A DNA stretch of 64,000 nucleotides from Batkoa obscura (Eukaryota): positions 1 through 64,000 of the forward strand of contig JASVEC010000022.1 in NCBI GenBank assembly GCA_030770535.1. Direction: 5' to 3'. Each line of letters opens with the position of its first letter. Position 1 is the stretch's first letter. The translations under genes and the position numbers were made by a program. A model generated the notes under the pieces. It was not told where the DNA came from. It searched no databases and was given only the letters and a program-made list of their open reading frames with translations. Below are positions 44,087 to 56,905 of the stretch, piece after piece.

Positions 44087-44325
44087 TATGATTTTTTTGG
44101 AATGAATGATTTTTTTAATAAATTGCGAAAAATAGGAAAAAAATGAGAATTTGGAAATTTTGAAAATTACCTCATCATTTATGGGGTAAAAAATTTAAAA
44201 TAAAGGAGAAGTGTTTAATAATAAGACATAAAAATTTGAAGTTTACATTTTAGTTTTTTATATCAATTTATAAAATAGCTTATCTGTATTCATTAACCAT
44301 AAATTTATAAACTATTTTCTGAAAA

Positions 44326-45433
44326 ATGCCAATAAAAATAGTTGACCAAGATAAACCATTGTTAGTAAGGTTAAGTAAACTTGTAGTGGTAAGAAAATAC
44401 TTTTTTAATTTAACATTTCATTAAAATCATCTTCCCTTCCTTTCTTAGCATGCTCAATTTGTATGGTGGTTAGGACATATCACTGTAGTTTATGCCACTA
44501 TCTTTTATTTTTTAAATTTAGTATTTCGACAAGAGATCAATAGTGTATTTTATTCTAAAGTATTTAGAGGTTCGATTATTTCATATGGTATTGTTATTTG
44601 GAAAGGTCATAAGGTAAGTTATATATATATATACAATTATTTCAAATATCGATTTATTTCTATAAATAGCCATTTTCCTTCTCTTATTCCTATTTACAAA
44701 CGGTATTAAAAGATGAAACTTCATGCTATTTACTATTAGCACTTTATTGGTTAATAGCTACACCAACATCAAGTAAGTATCTTTTTTACTCTTATATTCG
44801 ATTGTTTGACCCAAAACTCTTCATACAGTCACCGTCATTCCATTTTTTGTATATTCGATTTTTCATTGCATCAATTATATACGTACAAGATTATTTCCAG
44901 CCATATTACCACAAGCAGCTGAAGAATTAAAAAACTACAATCAAGCTTTAAAAAATAGAAAAGAAAATAAAAGTAACGAACAGTTACCTATATTACCTCC
45001 AGAAGCTCAATTGGTTTATAAAGTTCAACAAGTGGCTTTGGAACAATATGCTCCATTTATGCAAATTGTAGCCTTTTTCGAAGTAGGAGTTATTCCTTTA
45101 TATTTGTTAATTGGTTTGTTTGGGTAAGCTATTTTATATTATTATATTATATTATATTATATTATATTATATGTTATGATTTACTATATTGTAACTTTAT
45201 TAAATTAAATTGATTGATTCTTTATTTTTAGATTTGGTTATTCTATAATAACTATTTTTGTTTATAGTCAATTTTTAATGCGACGTGTTAAACAATCAAA
45301 ACCAACTATAGCTGCATTTACTGCTATCGATAAAATTATTCAATCATTTTTAGATCATCCACCAGCTCCACCTGCTGTTAAACAATTTTATTCTTCATTA
45401 CGTTCTTTTTTTGTTTCTTTAAAAGCAGAGTAA
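44326..45433 (+). CDS. POM33: TMEM33/Pom33/Tts1 ER-nuclear envelope membrane protein; multi-exon, not captured by the ORF track
   Basis: HAQFVWWLGH, SIISYGIVIWK, LKDENFMLF, IPFFVYSIFHCINYIRT. Confidence 0.8.
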
Positions 45434-45642
45434 AATTAATTTTTATTCATACTTTAGTTATTATTTTATAGTATTGTTTATTTATTTAATTTTAATAATA
45501 AATAGATAATAAATAGATAATAAACAATTAAAGAAAGTGTTTTTTATTTCTTTTTTAATTTTTTAACTTTAAATTAAATGTAGAATAAATAAAATAATGA
45601 AATAAAACATATTCCTAAATAGTTAATAATATAATAATTTAT

Positions 45643-46591
45643 TTAATAATGGCCATTAACATTAAATTTCAATACATTAAGAACTAGATCTTGTAAAACA
45701 AAAGTAGATTTGGAACTAGAAATTAAAGTTTTTGTATCTTCAGATTGAATGAAATTTCTTGTACTCTTTTTAGGATAAAATATGACTTTAGGACAAGAAG
45801 CTCTACCTTGAGTTTCAATAGGTTTAAAATCTTTACCATTAGCCATAAACCAAGTACGAATTTCTCTAATAGATCTACCACGACAAGTAATAACTACTTT
45901 TAAATCCGTATTCTTTTCAATAGCTTGAGTAATAGCTTCCCTTGAATAACTTCTACCAGGTACTATCTTTTCTTTTTTCAATATATCATAATAATTATAT
46001 TTATGATACATGCTTAATACTTTAGCAAAGTAATCATTAGCATCTTCATATTTTTTATATTCATTTCCGTAACATTTAGGTTCAAAGGTAGATAAACATG
46101 TTCCATGTTTATTCCATTCATGGGACCAAAAAGCTTCATTATCTCCTTTAAATGATGGCCAATATAAATCTAAATTATTATATAAGGTTTGATTATATGT
46201 TTTTAACTCAGAACCAAGGTGTGGGTAATTTCTTTGACGATCACAGCCATTATTAGGTCCATGACGACCATCACTAATTATAAATTTAGTACTAATTTTT
46301 TAAAATAAATTAAAATAAATTTACCAATAATCGGGCCAAAATCCATGAATAGTGAATTTATCACTAGCACCTGTACGATCTACCCACTAGTTAGAAGTTA
46401 ATATAAATTAAATATTAATTAATAAATATTATTACCTGTTGAGAAAATAATACTTTACCCATCTTAGGTACACAACATGAATCTACATCTTCCGTTTTAC
46501 AACCTTCACTTACTAAAGGACAAGTGTATTCATAGGCTGCTATAGTACAACTGGATAAAAGGATACTTAATGCAATTGATTTTAAAGACAT
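45643..46591 (-). CDS. Secreted ribonuclease T2, paralog 1; 3 exons
   Basis: Signal peptide MSLKSIALSILLSSCTIAA; FTIHGFWPD; FWSHEWNKHGTC. Confidence 0.92.
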
Positions 46592-47334
46592 AATGGTTAG
46601 TTTAATAATGTTAATTTAAGTTTATATATATATATGTATATGTTTCGTTTCAGGATTTATTGTTTAGATATTGATTTCTTTTAAGTTAATTTATAAAAAA
46701 TAGAAACTAAATGTAGTTTATTATTCTTTATATACTTTTTTTGATCATTAATGTTTTATTTGAATAAAAAAACAGTCACTCTCCACACTTATTTATTAAT
46801 TCATTAAGTTTTAATAATTTTCTCCTTTGTTTTTAATATTATTTTAATTCTAATGCAACATTTTTAGTGTTAACTTTTATTATTTAATAATTTATATAAT
46901 TAATTTTTTTATTCATTGATCTTTATATTTAGTTAAATTTTAGCTTAAATATTTTTCTTAAATAAACAGTTAAGAGGATTATTTTAAAGTTGAAATATTT
47001 GAAACTAATTTTTATTTAACCTTCAAGTTATCAAATCAAACGCTTAAATTAATTCACGTGGTGTTGTTTGCTTTTAACCTTTATTGATTTTTGTAGTGCT
47101 TATTCATTTTACGGGTGTTATAAAAAAAGTTATTTTTGTTTAATTTTGAGGTAAAGTTATTAAGTTAATCAATCTAATTAAATTGTTTAATTTTCTAACT
47201 TAAAATTCTATAATAAAATAAAATAAATAATCAATATAAAAAATAAATAAATAATCAATATAAAAAATAAATAAATAAAAAAGATAAAATTATTAAATAA
47301 TAAAATAAAATATAAAATGATATAACTATTTATT

Positions 47335-48093
47335 TTAGACTTTCATCGTATATTGGATACCTTCTTTTGGACAATTACTTTTATCAACTGAGTTAGTTAA
47401 GATATAATTATCTTTTCCTTTAACACGATAATATAATCTAATTTCATTTAATTTTTTATTTTTACAATCGAACATAGCTTTAATTTTATATTGTTTATAT
47501 AAAGCATCTTCAAATTGTTGTAAAGAATAAGTATTCCCTGGAATAAGACCACTTTGTTTAAAAACTTTATATAAATCATATTCTTTTCTTAACTGTAAAA
47601 CCTTTTTAAAATATTCAATAACTTCTTGACCTGGTTGATATTTATCCCCATAACATTTAGGATCTAAAGTAGTTACACAAGTACCATGTTTACCCCATTC
47701 ATACGTCCAAAACCCTGGATTATCTCCTTTATAAGAGCCCCAATATTTATTTAACTCTTCTGTTAAAGAAGCTTCTTGTTTAACAAAACCTTCTAAAGAT
47801 TCTATATACATTCGATTACTATCACATCCTTTACTTGGGGCATAAGTTCCATTACAAAAATCAGGCCATAACCCATGAATCGTAAATTCATCTTTAGGTC
47901 CAAGGGTAGGAAACCATTGTAAAGCTAATACTACTAAGCCATAATAAGGAGTACAACAAGTATCCTTTGGTTCAATTGTACAACTAAGTGAAGATTTAGA
48001 ACAGCATTTAGATTGTATTTGTAAAGGAGAGGAAGGAGCTAAGTCAGCTAATATTAAACTAAAAAAATTAAAGATAATAAAATAAAAATTCAT
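47335..48093 (-). CDS. Secreted ribonuclease T2, paralog 2; intronless
   Basis: Signal peptide; FTIHGLWPD; FWTYEWGKHGTC. Confidence 0.93.
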   Translation of the reverse strand: MNFYFIIFNFFSLILADLAPSSPLQIQSKCCSKSSLSCTIEPKDTCCTPYYGLVVLALQWFPTLGPKDEFTIHGLWPDFCNGTYAPSKGCDSNRMYIESLEGFVKQEASLTEELNKYWGSYKGDNPGFWTYEWGKHGTCVTTLDPKCYGDKYQPGQEVIEYFKKVLQLRKEYDLYKVFKQSGLIPGNTYSLQQFEDALYKQYKIKAMFDCKNKKLNEIRLYYRVKGKDNYILTNSVDKSNCPKEGIQYTMKV

Positions 48094-48816
48094 CTTTTTT
48101 TTTGTATTCTATCTACTATTAATTAATATTAATAAATTTAGTATTTTATTTAATAATCATTTTTGTTGCATTATATACTTTTCATTTGATTTTTTTTATT
48201 CTATTAAATTTATTTCGGTTCCTACTTATTCTTTGAAAATTTGAGTTTATTATTTAAGTTAGTTTTACTATATTTGTAAATCGATTAAAAATTTTTAGAA
48301 ATTTTTTATATAAATTTTGTTTCTTTATTTTATTATTTTTATACATTAATAAATATTAAAATAGTTTATTAAATATTTATTTCATATATAAAATAAGAGT
48401 ATATTAATTATAATATTAATATACGAATATTTGTATTAATTTTTATATATAAATTATAAAATGTACACATTTTTAATTTTAGTTATTTGATTGGTTATTT
48501 AATAATTTCGCATCTTTTAATGGTTAAAATTCATTCTTGAATTTTAATCTTTTTTTTAACAATTCCTATTAACTTGACTTTTAATAATCGTATTCTATCT
48601 ATTTAATATTCAATGAGGATAAGTTACGAATAATAGGTATATAATATCAAATAAATGACTATATATTAAAATGTATATATATTTATATTAAACATATATC
48701 TTTTATATTAAATATAATATCTCATTATTTTTACTAACTTTATATTGACTTTAATTATAACTTTTATACAAAAAAATAAAAAGTATTATATAATTATAAC
48801 ATTAATAATAATAACT

Positions 48817-50328
48817 TTAATGTTTTGATTTATTTAAAAAGAAATTAAACCCATTTAAAATATCTTTTTTCAAATCATTAAACTCTTCTAAACCAATAGT
48901 TACTCTAACTAAAGTAGGATCAATATTTTTATCAAATTGATATCTCCATTCCATTAAAGTAGTACTACCACCAATTGATGTAGCTGATTTAATAAGTTGA
49001 AAACAATATGGTATTCTTTTAGCTTGTTCTTCTGTTTGAAACTTAATAAAAAATTAAATATATTAAATTTAATAATAAAAATAAACATACTAATATTGAA
49101 AATACTGTTGAATGAATTTGATACTTTTTAGCCCAAGAATCTGGTTGTATTAGTGCATGTTTTAATTTAAATATCAATTGATTATATGGTAATTGATCTT
49201 TTAATTCATTTAAAAAATGTATAATTCTTTGTGTTGTTTCCCATTGTTGATTAACTCTTAATTTTAATGTTCTATTTAAATAATTATTATAATTTAATTA
49301 TTATTATTAATATTATTATTATTATTATTATTATTATTTACTTTAAACTTCTACTTAATAAATAAGCTTCTAAATTACCCAATATACTACCTAATATATT
49401 TCTTTGTTCTAATAACTTAATTATTGAATTTATCATCAGTATATTATATTATATTATATTGATTATAATTTACTTTTAAATACATTTTTTTATCTTTACA
49501 TACTAATAAACCAGCTAAAATATCGGAATGACCTCCTAAATGTTTAGTAGCTGAATAATGGGCTAAATCAATATCTAATATATATATATATGTAATTATA
49601 ATTATTATTAAATAATGATAATATTAGTAATATTAGTAATATTAATAATATTAATAATATTAATTACTATAATCTAATGGAAAAAATAAAGGTGGTGGGG
49701 CTAATGTAGCATCACAAATTATAGGTATTTTTATATTTTCTTTTTTTTCAACTATTTTAACTTGATTGATATAATGATTAATATCTATTAATAAAAATAG
49801 TATATTAATATAAGCATAAATATTTAATATTTAGTGTTTAATATTTAATAAAATTTCAATTACCAATAACTTCTCCTGTAGGATTTACTGGATTTTCAAT
49901 TAATATTAAATCTCCTATTTTTAAATTTAATTTATATTCAAGTGGAATTAATTCAATTTTATATAATGAATTTAATAATTCAATGGCAGTAATACTAAAA
50001 TAATATCCCAATTTAACATGAATTCTTTTGGGTCGGTAATAAATCAAACTAGCTATTAAGGCAGACATACCACTTGAGTAAGTGATACAATATGCTTAAT
50101 TAAAATTATTATTTTTATATTTTATTATTTTAATTAATTATTACCTTTCATTATTTCTTTTAATTCATCTTCTACTTTAGTTATATTGGGATTACCACTT
50201 CTTGTATAAGTATATAATGGCTATAATAATTATTAATTATAAATTTTATATAAATTTTATTAAATATAAATTACTTGATCATCTGATTTACGTTCAAAAG
50301 TAGTTGTTAATGAGATTTTGGGTTCCAT
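48817..50328 (-). CDS. Cys/Met metabolism PLP-dependent enzyme (cystathionine gamma-lyase/synthase family, YHR112C-like); multi-exon
   Basis: ISLTTTF, YTRSGNPN, YSSGMSA, IENPVNPTG, DATLAPP, YSATKHLGGHSDILAG, ATSIGGSTTLMEWR, VRVTIGLE. Confidence 0.88.
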
Positions 50329-50619
50329 TTTGATTTCTAAGTTAAAAAATTTATTAAAAAATAAATAAATAAAACTTTTTTATTTTTCAATTTATAGTTT
50401 ATCATTTTTTTAAGTCATACTTATTCTTTAAACAATATGACACATTCGCATTATTTCTGATATTTAATTTTAGCCTTCTTTAAATTCTAGATTTATTCAA
50501 AAATATTTTTATTACATTAAAACTTTTATCTTTTATTCATTAAAAATATTATGACAATAAAATTATTAAACATAATGACTAATAACTATTCAATTAGAAT
50601 TATTGTATATATATTTTAT

Positions 50620-51237
50620 TTAAAGAAAACATCTTTTAAGAGATTTATTACTTAATTGATCATTCATATGATCTTTATCTTTAAGTTTTAATGAAAAATC
50701 ATATTTATAGCCACTCTCAGGTAATAATTCCAAATCCACAATATCACTAATAAAAATGATTAAAATTAATGTATAATAATAATTAATAAAACTTACTTTT
50801 CTAAATGTTGAATAGAGAATACTCCATCTTCATAAAATTGATTTCCATCTTTATCTGGACATCTGGTAATTGAATATTGACCATCCGAGTAAAAACTAAT
50901 ATATTGATAAGTATGACATTCCTAAATATAAAAGATTAATAGTATTCTTTTTAAATTTATAATAAATAATAATAAATAATAATAATACTTACTTTCTTTA
51001 TCTCATTATTACTATAAATATTAATCTTATTATCATTATCTTCTTCAAAATCTCCAAATAAATATAATAATTTAGCTTCTTCTAAATCAGAAGTATCACA
51101 ATCAATCATGACTGAATTACCATATCGAAATCCTTGCCATAAAAAATCCACTTTAAATTTACGATCTTCACCTTCTTCTTCAGGTGTAGAAGTTTCAATG
51201 ACATGATTCGTCCCTTTAGATTTTCTATTTTTGAAAA

Positions 51238-51316
<79 letters not shown>

Positions 51317-51681
51317 TTAATACTATAATAAAAAATAATAGAAATAAAACTTACATCATACCAAATGTAATTTGTTTTGTATTTTCAAAACAATAACTAC
51401 GAATAAATTCTTTTTTTTCAGTAATTATTAAAGCATAAGCTGAGGGACATTTATCTGACTAAATAATAAATAATAAATAATAGTTTCAATTATTAAATTG
51501 TTGAATTTTTAATATTATTTACTTGTTCTTTAACATATCGAAAAGTACCAGTGATATCTTCAACTAAATCAACATATTCAGTTAATTCTTCTGGTTCTTG
51601 AATTGAGTTTTCTTGAATTGTTAAAGAATCCAGTCCTTTAATTATCAATATTAAATTGATTAAATTCAATTGAAATTTCAT
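50620..51681 (-). CDS. Hypothetical acidic, probably secreted protein; 5 predicted exons
   Basis: Hydrophobic N-terminus MKFQLNLINLILIIKG; GT-AG joins keep an open frame through SDKCPSAY, DFLWQGFRYG, ECHTYQY, to ...KRCFL*. Confidence 0.6.
51239..51314. repeat. (TAT)n microsatellite inside an intron
   Basis: About 25 uninterrupted TAT units. Confidence 0.9.
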
Positions 51682-52132
51682 TATCTTTATCTTATTATTG
51701 TATTATTTAAATTTGGTTGATATATTTATCTATAATTTTTGTTTATTATAATGTAGAAGAGATGTTAAAATTAAATAATAAAAAAGAAAAACAAAATTAT
51801 AGTTTATAGTTTGTACATAATTTTATTATTTGAACTTTTTGTTAAATTCAAAGTTAGTTGATCTTTGAATTTTGATATTCCATTTTATTTACAATTAACT
51901 CCTCAATTTGTTTGATCTGTTGCTTATTTGAATTAGTTTTTCGCTGCTCTTGAATTTTAATAAGAGTTATTTTAGCTATGATTTAATGATTGACTTTTTA
52001 TATCAATATAGCAATAATATAGAAATAAAAATTATTTATTATAATTATAATAAAACATTAATATAAACTCAAAAATAAAAAAGAGGAATTATTTTTATTT
52101 TAAAAAATAAAAAATAAAAAATTAAATACAAC

Positions 52133-52380
52133 TTAATTTAAAATTGGATCAATTCCTAAACCAATCCATTCTTCATTATTATTTGTATTATTATTTGTAC
52201 TATTATTTAATATATTATTATTATTATTATTATTATTATTTAAATAATAACAATAATAAGGATTTGGATTCTCTATAGTATTATTAGTATGTATTAAATC
52301 CATAGATGGAGTACTTAAATGATTTGATGGAGTATAATCATTAGAATTAGTATACTCATGAGAAGGAGGATATTGTAATA

Positions 52381-52413
<33 letters not shown>

Positions 52414-52774
52414 CAATATGAAATTTAGATAAATAATTATCATTATGTGAAGTTGAATAATAATTTAATTGTTTAATTGAATTATTATTATTATTATTAT
52501 TATTTGAATTTTTATAATGTAACATGTCCTCTTTAAAATTATAATAATTATCCGTTGAATTATAATAAGTTGACTCATTATAACTTGAAGTAGGTTTATT
52601 ATATAAAGTGGGATCTTTGGAATTAAGTAAATGATTATTAGTCAAATGTGAATGTGAATCATTTATGTATGGTTCTGGGGATTCAACAAAATTATTTTCT
52701 TTAACTAATAAATTATTACTCGCAAAATCGTCAATTAAAAAATATTTATATCGATTTTTTATATTATGATTGAA

Positions 52775-52817
<43 letters not shown>

Positions 52818-53407
52818 TTAGTAGTTGAAGATAAATTTAATGTTTGTCTTTTTAAATCTCTATTCAATGCATCTAGAAATAATTTATCATGAGGTACTGA
52901 ATACCAAAAAAAAATTTTTTGTTTTTTTTGAGTACGAACACAATGACATCGATATAAATATTCTAAAAATTCACTTTTGGGTTCTTCTAATATAGCATCT
53001 AAATTGGGCTTTAAATTTCTTAAATCACTAAATATACCTTCTTCAAATTTTTTATTATTTTCGATCTTTCTTCCATATAATTCAAATCGATAACTTATAC
53101 TTCGTATTATATCTGTACCACTTATTAAATATAAATTATTATAATAAATACAACTAATATATTCTCCATTAGGTAAAGGATAACGTATCATTGTTGAATT
53201 TTGTTGAATACAATTATTAGGGGCATTTAATAAAAAATATTTTAATTGATTAATTTCATTATAATCTATTATTGTATTAATTTCCATTTCATATTCTAGA
53301 TAAGATTTATTACTACTATTACTGGTATTAATACTAGATTTTTTACTATCTGTTGTTATTGAGTTCTTTTTATTAATTGAAGATTGAGTTTTATTTTGTT
53401 TTGGCAT
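52133..53407 (-). CDS. STE12: STE12-like transcription factor (STE domain, Asn-rich tail, no C2H2 fingers); intronless
   Basis: LKYFLLNAP, GEYISCI, ISGTDI, KKFEEGIFSDLRNLK, CVRTQKKQKIFFWYSVPHDKLFLDALNRDLKR. Confidence 0.92.
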
Positions 53408-54232
53408 ATTGTTTGAGACGGAATTCGAATTCTACTTAATACGATATAATATAAATACTAAACTTTACAATAGAAAAAAGGATAAAAAATAAAGTTCAAA
53501 AAGAATGAAATAATGTTAATTTAGTATTATTAATTATTATTATTTTTATATTATCATTATCTAATAATATTCATGCATTAGTCCTATTTTCTTATCATAA
53601 TTTTAAGTTTATTAGCATTTCTTTAACTATTGCATAATTACTTGATGACTATCATTTGTATTTTATTTAATTATTAAATACTTCGCCTCTTTATTAATTT
53701 TATTTTTTATTTTTTTATTTTCTATTTTCTAAGTTATTTTTTAGTATCATCATTAAAATATAATATAATATTATTTTATCTATTTTTATATAACATTAAT
53801 AGTAACATTAGACGATATAGAATTAAATCTTAATAATTATTAAATTTATAAACTATTAATAAACTAAAACATTATATATTGTAATATTAAATACAAGTTA
53901 TATTCTAGTTAATAACAAAGATCAACTTTTAATCAACAAATAAATTTTCTATTAAATTAATCTTTACTGTTTTTTTTTAAAATTGTTAACTATAATTAAA
54001 AAACTTTTGGATTATCATTACTAAGGATTGACTAAAATTTAAATTAATCTTACATAATTTTTATAAAGTTTTCAGTTATTAAATATAATTAAAGTTGATC
54101 ATTTAATACAATAAAAGAGAATTCAATTCAACTAAAAATAAAATTAATCTTAAAAATAAAAATAAGCATAATATTTCAAAAATTAACCGTTTATTTAACA
54201 ACCTTGACTAAACTTTAATTTCAAAAACTGAC

Positions 54233-54300
54233 GATGACAGTCATCAACAAAAAACATAACTATGAATTAACTCAAAATATATCAAAATCAAGTATATAAA
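54233..54300 (+). promoter_or_regulatory. Candidate promoter of the small peptide gene: palindrome GATGAC-A-GTCATC and TATA box
   Basis: Perfect 6-bp inverted repeat at 54233-54245; TATATAAA at 54293-54300, ~65 bp before the ATG. Confidence 0.45.
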
Positions 54301-54364
54301 CTATAAACTAAACCATATTAATAATTAAGTATAACAATAACTACTATATAATCTATAAGTCAGA

Positions 54365-54520
54365 ATGAACATTTACATTACCATAGCTTCAATTTTCTTA
54401 ACTTTAATTACTGCTGCACCAACTTCTAATGGGATGCCACAGCCTGCTTCTGATGTTAATTGGGCTGTTAAATATCAACAATTAGATACTAATTGGGCGG
54501 TGAAAAAATTTGGTCAATAA
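54365..54520 (+). CDS. Small secreted repeat-peptide precursor, 51 aa
   Basis: MNIYITIASIFLTLITA|APTSNGMPQPAS-DVNWAVK-YQQL-DTNWAVK-KFGQ*; signal peptide, internal repeat, locally raised GC, upstream TATA. Confidence 0.75.
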   Translation: MNIYITIASIFLTLITAAPTSNGMPQPASDVNWAVKYQQLDTNWAVKKFGQ

Positions 54521-54680
54521 GTTCAATAATCTTCAAAATTATTATACTCTTTTTCATTTTTTGTACTTTTAGAATAATAAAGTTGATATTTTTCACTAAA
54601 TTTTTATTACAATTGATACTTTTACTTCTTCATATTAATGAATTGATTCTTTATATAATAATATTAAAAATTTTAATAAT

Positions 54681-54960
54681 AAATAATAATAAATAATAAT
54701 AAATAATAATAAATAATAATAAATAATAATAAATAATAATAAATAATAATAAATAATAATAAATAATAATAAATAATAATAAATAATAATAAATAATAAT
54801 AAATAATAATAAATAATAATAAATAATAATAAATAATAATAAATAATAATAAATAATAATAAATAATAATAAATAATAATAAATAATAATAAATAATAAT
54901 AAATAATAATAAATAATAATAAATAATAATAAATAATAATAAATAATAATAAATAATAAT
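54681..54960. repeat. Perfect 10-bp minisatellite (AAATAATAAT)28
   Basis: 28 identical units. Confidence 0.97.
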
Positions 54961-55164
54961 AATAATTTATAAATTTATTTATTTTTAATTTTAAACTATA
55001 ATATATAAATGTAAAATATTATATAAAATAAAATAAACTTTTTATAGTTTTATATAAAAAAAACTCAATGAATCCAGGAGAGAAAAAAGAGAGAAGAAAG
55101 ATAAAAGAATTGTTAATCATCATCTATAGATGAATAAACAAACAAATTAAGTAAATAGAGTAAC

Positions 55165-56112
55165 TTATTTTTTAACAAATAAATGAAGTTGACTTTTTAA
55201 ATAAACTTTAGGTAATATATAAGCTAAAAAATTATTAATTGTATAAGATACTGTAAATATAGGATCTGATAATTGGTCTTGGGCTAACCTAGGTTTACAA
55301 TGAGTTTCAAAATGAAAATATAATTCACTAAATGGTTTTTCAATTTGTTCAATATACTTTAAATATGATAATATACTCCCTTGAAATAATGGGAAGGAAG
55401 GTAATTTCTTACATATTTGTAAGTTAAATGTAACCATTTCAGTAATATAATGATCTACTTTAGTTAAAAATAAATGAATAAGTTCATTATTATATTCTTC
55501 TTTCTTATTTGTTTTATATGTCATTATAAATTTATCAATGCTTTGAAATACATCAATTACTGTATCACTTGAAAATATTTCATTAATAAATATATAAACT
55601 AAATTAGCCAAATAACTATCTTTATGAATAAGTTCTTGATAATCTACACTTATATTGGTAATTTTTTCTTGAATTGAACTACTATTGGATGGCATAGGTA
55701 TGACTTCATTTATATTCTCGTTTAAATTATCATACCTTAAACTAGTATCATCCTGATTTAAATACTTATCCGTAGCTTCTGTACCTAATAAAGAATGATT
55801 TTCCCTTTGATCCTTAATCTCGTTAACATACGTTGGGGCTGGTAATATATTAACCAAAGAAGATGCAGGTGGTCGACTACTACTTCTAGAACCCGATTCT
55901 CTACCTTTATAACTAATATTAAGACTTCTAGCTCCTTTAGGTCCCCTTTTTAATGGTGGTGTATAGTGACATTCAATCCCTTTATTAACACAGCCTAAAC
56001 AATTAGGTCGTGCTTTATCACATCGGATCTTACGCTTACGACAATAATCACACGACATAGTTAATCTTTCTCCACTACTTTTGTGGCTCAATGTTTGTTC
56101 TAATTCCATCAT
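55165..56112 (-). CDS. Short Zn(II)2Cys6 transcription factor; intronless
   Basis: SCDYCRKRKIRCDKARPNCLGCVNKGIECHY followed by KRGPK. Confidence 0.9.
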   Translation of the reverse strand: MMELEQTLSHKSSGERLTMSCDYCRKRKIRCDKARPNCLGCVNKGIECHYTPPLKRGPKGARSLNISYKGRESGSRSSSRPPASSLVNILPAPTYVNEIKDQRENHSLLGTEATDKYLNQDDTSLRYDNLNENINEVIPMPSNSSSIQEKITNISVDYQELIHKDSYLANLVYIFINEIFSSDTVIDVFQSIDKFIMTYKTNKKEEYNNELIHLFLTKVDHYITEMVTFNLQICKKLPSFPLFQGSILSYLKYIEQIEKPFSELYFHFETHCKPRLAQDQLSDPIFTVSYTINNFLAYILPKVYLKSQLHLFVKK

Positions 56113-56905
56113 AGATGTTATTTATAAAGTAAATTAAGGTAATAGTAATATATTAAAAGAAGAGAAATGAAAATTTCTAATGAAATAAAAATATAAATTT
56201 TTTAAAAGTAAAAGTGAATGGGCAAATTCAAGTTTAATAATCAATTCATCCGCGTTTATTAAATTAACCAATCATTTTGAAATTTTGTCTTAATTTTCCT
56301 TTTAATTTCTCCATTTCGTAGTTATTCTTAAATTACTTACCTTACTTTTTAGCTTATTCTTGATTTCCCACCCCATAATTACTAGTTGATTGCACTCCCT
56401 TTTTTTTCACACCTTTTAATTGGTTGAAATTTTTTTCTTTCGATTCTTTTGTTAATATTTTTTAAAATTAATTTTTACTAAATAAAAAAATTTTAAAGCA
56501 AATTTTGCACTTTAGTACTAAATATAGTTTATATAATGTTACTTTAATTTAATATTGAAACATTGTTAATAGCAATTGATAACTTTCTAATTTTATTAAT
56601 ATTTGATCTTAACTTACAATAAATTCATCTTCTGTTTAGAACCTTTGGATCCATTTTTTCGTGATTTATTTTTTATAGAACTAGTAACTTCTACAAACCC
56701 ATTTACAAATTTAAATCGATTTAAATCAAATTCAAAATTCAATTTCTTTCATTGCTGAGTTATTTTTTGAACTGAATATGACATCAATTAAAAACCAATT
56801 CAATGGCAACTAATTATTGGATAAAACGAAATCTAAGCGTGACTTTTAAAATTATTTAAATAAAAATCCTTGCTTTAGAATTTCTTAAATAAAATTTCAT
56901 TGACA

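Noticed and set aside
54493..54696. 67-aa ORF from the track
   Set aside because: TTG start and low-complexity I/L/F from AT-rich DNA; the better supported ORF is 54365..54520
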